From assembly GCA_934130325.1 (NCBI GenBank), contig CAKOYA010000004.1, positions 3,477 through 67,476 on the forward strand: a DNA stretch of 64,000 nucleotides, written 5' to 3'. The translations under genes and the position numbers were made by a program. The DNA is from an uncultured Clostridia bacterium. GTDB lineage: Bacteria; Bacillota; Clostridia; TANB77; CAG-465. This document shows, in pieces, positions 60,283-64,000 of this stretch. The notes beneath the pieces are model-generated. The model did not search any database, was not told where the DNA came from, and saw only the letters and a program-made list of their open reading frames with translations. Numbering within the stretch: position 1 is the first letter of the stretch; the number at the start of each line of letters is the position of its first letter.

Positions 60283-60897
60283 CTAACCTTGTTTAGTTAG
60301 TATATGTACAATTTCACTTACAACAATATTGGTCATGACATCATAATTTATGTTTTTATGTTTATGATAAACTGTTTCATGACAAAGGTTATCGATTAAA
60401 CCAATAATTATATGAACTCTTTCTACTAAATCAGGATAGTTAAAGCCATTTTTTTTAAGTAATTCCACAATTACATTAGTCATCTTAATTTCATTTTCGT
60501 GAAAAAAAATTGCAACATCTTTATCTGAATGTGTCATAGAAGTTATTTCTTCATGAGCTGACTGAGATAATTGGTGATTATTTATAAACTTTAAAATTAC
60601 TTCCCTTATAATTTCATCTAAATTTCTTTCATTAATATCTATATCATGTATAAAATCTATGCTAGGGTGAAATATTCCATTTGCAAATCTTTTAAGACCT
60701 TCCAGTAATATATCATGTTTGTCATTAAAATAATTATAAATAATGCCAGTTGAAACACCTGCTGCTTTTGCTATTTCTGCTGTATTAGTATTATAATAGC
60801 CTTTTTGGCATATTAAATCAAAACCATGTTTGATAATTTTTTCTTTTTTTTCGATAGAACGTTTTTGAATAGGTTCTCTAATCATATTATCTGCCAT
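60283..60897 (-). CDS. TetR/AcrR-family transcriptional regulator
   Basis: The HTH is GYYNTNTAEIAKAAGVSTGIIYNYF. The start was set at ATG 60897 (MADNMIRE). The longer ORF, which extends to 61041, would run across the divergent promoter. Confidence 0.88.
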   Translation of the reverse strand: MADNMIREPIQKRSIEKKEKIIKHGFDLICQKGYYNTNTAEIAKAAGVSTGIIYNYFNDKHDILLEGLKRFANGIFHPSIDFIHDIDINERNLDEIIREVILKFINNHQLSQSAHEEITSMTHSDKDVAIFFHENEIKMTNVIVELLKKNGFNYPDLVERVHIIIGLIDNLCHETVYHKHKNINYDVMTNIVVSEIVHILTKQG

Positions 60898-60959
60898 AGA
60901 TATAAGCCTCCAAAATAAATCTAAAATAATTATAGCATAATAAAATAATAAGTCAAGAA

Positions 60960-61043
60960 ATATGAAAAAAGTTTCATATTCTATTGACATTTTAAGAATA
61001 TTATGATTATAATATAATAAAAAATATGAAATTAATTTCATAT
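60960..61043. promoter_or_regulatory. Divergent control region: two 20-bp palindromes bracketing a sigma-A promoter
   Basis: ATATGAAAaaagTTTCATAT (60960-60979) and ATATGAAAttaaTTTCATAT (61024-61043). Between them lie TTGACA (60984-60989), an 18-nt spacer, then TATAAT (61008-61013). Confidence 0.7.
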
Positions 61044-61055
61044 AAAGGAGGAATT

Positions 61056-61766
61056 ATGGAGAAAATAATAGAATTAAAAAATGTTAGTAAAATTTATAAA
61101 GTAGGAGAGAATGAATTTAAAGCAATTGATAATATAAATTTGTCATTAACAAAGGGCGAAATGATTGTTATACTTGGACCTTCTGGTGCAGGAAAATCAA
61201 CATTACTTAATTTAATAGGGGGTATGGATACTCCAACAATAGGTGATGTAATTATAGATGGCGAAAATATTTCAAAATATAATGGAAATAAGTTATCAGA
61301 TTATAGAGCTGAAAATGTGGGATTTATATTTCAATTTTATAATATATTGCCTAGTCTTACAGTACAAGAAAATGTAGATATAGTAAAAGATATAGTTAAA
61401 AATCCTGCAAATACAGAGGATGCACTAAAAGGTGTGGGACTTTTTGAACATAGAAGAAAATTTCCAAATCAATTATCTGGTGGGGAACAACAAAGAGTAT
61501 CTATTGCAAGAGCTATTGCTAAAAATCCTAAACTATTACTTTGCGATGAACCAACAGGCGCATTAGATAGTAAAACAGGTGTAGAAGTATTGAAACTTTT
61601 AAGGAAACAATGTGATGGTAATAATGGATTAAATACAGTTATTATAGTTACACATAATAGCTTAATAGCTGAAATTGCAGATACTGTAGTTCATGTTAAA
61701 AATGGAAAAATAGAAGAAGTAATTCATAATGAAAAACCTAAAAAGATTGAAGAGGTGGTTTGGTAA
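61056..61766 (+). CDS. ABC transporter ATP-binding protein (MacB/FtsE/LolD-like)
   Basis: Walker A GPSGAGKST, signature LSGGEQQRV and Walker B LLLCDEPT. ATG 61056 follows AAAGGAGG. Confidence 0.93.
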   Translation: MEKIIELKNVSKIYKVGENEFKAIDNINLSLTKGEMIVILGPSGAGKSTLLNLIGGMDTPTIGDVIIDGENISKYNGNKLSDYRAENVGFIFQFYNILPSLTVQENVDIVKDIVKNPANTEDALKGVGLFEHRRKFPNQLSGGEQQRVSIARAIAKNPKLLLCDEPTGALDSKTGVEVLKLLRKQCDGNNGLNTVIIVTHNSLIAEIADTVVHVKNGKIEEVIHNEKPKKIEEVVW

Positions 61767-61768
61767 TT

Positions 61769-64000
61769 ATGGGAAGACTAAATATAAAAATGATTAGAGA
61801 TATAAAAAAGAATTTATCTCAATTTATAACAATATTTTTAATGATTATGATTGGAGTAATGGTATATTCAGGAATAGAAGCATATATGGATGGAATGCAA
61901 GAGACTGCTGATAAATTTTACTCTGAAAATAATTTATTTGATTTAAACCTTATAGGCGCTAATTTTACTACAAATGACTTAGAAAATATAAAAAAAATTG
62001 ATAATATAAAAGGTGCAGAGAGAAAATTATCAATAACAGGAACAACTGATAACGATAAGACTTTGTTGTTAAATTTTATAGAATCAAATGACATTTCAAA
62101 ATTTTATATAATAGAAGGCGAGCAATTTGATAGTTCAAAATCTGGTGTATGGCTTGATAATTTTTATGCTATAGAAAATAATATAAAAGTGGGAGATACA
62201 ATTTTAGTAAAATATGAAAGTATGGAACTAAAAGAAAAAGTTTTGGGACTTATAAACGTTCCTGACCATTTGTATGATGTTAGGGATGAGTCAGAATTAT
62301 ATCCAAATAGAAAAGAATTTGGATTTGCATATTTGTCTGCAAATGAAATAACTGAAAATTATATAAAAGCGAAAGTAATGAAAGAGATGAATATAACAGA
62401 TGAAGCAATTTTTGATATGTATGTTCCTGAATTTAATTACAAAGATTATATAATTTTTAATAATGTAATGGTAGATATAGATGATGTAAGTAAAATAAAT
62501 GAAGCAAAAAATGCTATAGAAGATAATATAGAAAATGCAAAAGCTATTATTGAGGCAAAAGATACATCTTCATATGTAACATATCAAGGTGAAATTGATG
62601 AAGGAAAAACTTATGTAGGGGTATTTTCAGGATTATTTTTGTTTATTGCCATGCTTTCTGTGATTACTACAATGACAAGAATAGTAAAAAATCAAAGAAT
62701 TCAAATAGGAACACTTAAAGCACTAGGATTTAGTGATAAGAAAATAATATTTCATTATATAGGTTATGGATTTTGGATTTCAATTTTTGCATCATTAGTT
62801 GGTTTAGTATTAGGATATTATTTTATTGGTAATGTATTTATAGGAATAGAAATGGCATTTTTTGAAATTCCGAATGGTCATCCAGTTCTTAATAATCAGT
62901 GCTATATTGTCTCAATATTAGTAGTGTTAATAGTTTCTTTGATAACATATATTACAGGAAGAAAAATATTAAAAGAAAATCCGGCAGAAACATTAAGAAA
63001 TAAAATTCCTAATGTAAAATCCAAGTCTTTAAATATAACTACCAAGGGAATATTTAAAAAATTAGGATTTTCAAGTAAATGGAATTTAAGAGATATTATT
63101 AGAAATAAAATGAGAACATTTATGGGCATAGCAGGAGTTGTGGGTTCATGTACGTTAATAGTTTGTGCTTTGGGAATGTTAGATTCCATGAATTTCTTTG
63201 TAAAACTTCAATTTAAGACATTATATAATTTTGATTATAAATTGAATATTAAAGAAGATATTTCAAGTGTAGAATTAAATGATTTGTACGATAAATATGG
63301 TAAAAATACATCAGAATCATTAGGAATTGAAATAAAGGATAATGATGGAATAAGAGAGGCAAATAATATATTTGTAACAGATGCTAAAGACTATGTAAGG
63401 TTTGTAGATAGAAAAAATAATATAATTGAGAAGCCAACTGACGATGGAATATACGTTACTTATAAATTGGCTCAAACTAAGGGATATAAATTAGGAGATG
63501 AAATTACTTGGCATATTTATGGTGATAATAATTATTATACTTCAAAGATAATTGGGTTTAATAAAGATCCCCAAAATCAAAACATTTCTATGACAAGAAA
63601 ATATTTAGAAAGTTTAGGGTTAGAATATAAACCAAACGCATTATACACAAATAATGATTTAAGTAGTGTAAAAGAAATTAATGGGGTAGATACAATTCAA
63701 GATATAGAAAACTTAAAAGAAGGTATGACAGGTATGTTGTCAATGATGAAAACAATGCTTACACTTATAATTGGAGTTGCAGTGTTACTAGGAGGAATTA
63801 TAATTTATAATTTAGGAATACTTTCATTTTCAGAAAAACAATATCAATTTGCAACATTAAAAGTATTAGGATTCAAAGATAAAAAAATAAAAAATATATT
63901 TGTAAAACAAAATATATGGATAGCAATTATATCAATTATAATTGGACTTCCTTTGGGATATTATTTAACTGATTGGTTATTTAAGACAGCAATTGAAGAA
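61769..64000 (+). CDS. ABC transporter permease, FtsX/MacB-type (two FtsX domains); the 3' end lies outside the window
   Basis: The ORF is open from ATG 61769 to the window edge and is not in the supplied track. The translation begins MGRLNIKMIRDIKKNLSQFITIFLMIMIGV, and a second RDIIRNKMRTFMGIAGVV repeat starts near 63090. Its start is 3 nt after the ATPase stop. Confidence 0.85.
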   Translation, partial: MGRLNIKMIRDIKKNLSQFITIFLMIMIGVMVYSGIEAYMDGMQETADKFYSENNLFDLNLIGANFTTNDLENIKKIDNIKGAERKLSITGTTDNDKTLLLNFIESNDISKFYIIEGEQFDSSKSGVWLDNFYAIENNIKVGDTILVKYESMELKEKVLGLINVPDHLYDVRDESELYPNRKEFGFAYLSANEITENYIKAKVMKEMNITDEAIFDMYVPEFNYKDYIIFNNVMVDIDDVSKINEAKNAIEDNIENAKAIIEAKDTSSYVTYQGEIDEGKTYVGVFSGLFLFIAMLSVITTMTRIVKNQRIQIGTLKALGFSDKKIIFHYIGYGFWISIFASLVGLVLGYYFIGNVFIGIEMAFFEIPNGHPVLNNQCYIVSILVVLIVSLITYITGRKILKENPAETLRNKIPNVKSKSLNITTKGIFKKLGFSSKWNLRDIIRNKMRTFMGIAGVVGSCTLIVCALGMLDSMNFFVKLQFKTLYNFDYKLNIKEDISSVELNDLYDKYGKNTSESLGIEIKDNDGIREANNIFVTDAKDYVRFVDRKNNIIEKPTDDGIYVTYKLAQTKGYKLGDEITWHIYGDNNYYTSKIIGFNKDPQNQNISMTRKYLESLGLEYKPNALYTNNDLSSVKEINGVDTIQDIENLKEGMTGMLSMMKTMLTLIIGVAVLLGGIIIYNLGILSFSEKQYQFATLKVLGFKDKKIKNIFVKQNIWIAIISIIIGLPLGYYLTDWLFKTAIEE

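Overview
This is an AT-rich, low-GC Firmicute chromosome segment that looks Clostridia-like. Endospore markers ytfI/ytfJ, a glmS ribozyme and Clostridium-style sigma-A promoters support that placement. Most of the window is core housekeeping. In order it holds: the 3' end of dinB; a four-subunit 2-oxoacid:ferredoxin oxidoreductase operon on the minus strand; a glycolytic cluster (gap-pgk-tpiA-gpmI-eno) interrupted by two orphan genes; a P-type Ca2+-ATPase; rhodanese and thioredoxin; dnaG-rpoD; an ArsR/SmtB repressor with a CPC-type heavy-metal ATPase; ytfI/ytfJ; an RpiB-like isomerase; an acyl-CoA synthetase; dnaE; SPFH/NfeD; an M23 peptidase; rpsO; the glmS ribozyme with glmS; a GH73-SH3-Big2-dockerin wall hydrolase with a cadherin-like membrane partner; an FGase-like gene with a TtcA-like gene; a frameshifted short alaS-like gene; HIT; the asp23-amaP-DUF2273-nusB-xseA-xseB operon; three tRNAs (CAT, Tyr-GTA, Leu-CAA); ychF; murC; a TPR membrane protein; a SemiSWEET; and a TetR plus MacB-type ABC efflux unit that runs off the right edge. 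I saw no CRISPR array, rRNA, transposase, integrase or intact prophage. I could not identify a convincing new multi-gene system from sequence alone. The best leads are: (1) a pair of paralogous genes sharing a repeated FW(K/Q)xxW(D/K)LF module and duplicated 5' regulatory DNA; (2) a roughly 1-kb GC-richer mini-island at tRNA-Leu, bounded by a 12-bp direct repeat that copies the tRNA 3' end; (3) a two-gene orphan cassette just downstream of tRNA-Tyr; (4) a frameshifted short AlaRS paralog; (5) a wHTH orphan sitting where clostridia normally carry cggR. All functional calls come from reading the translations by eye, with no database search.
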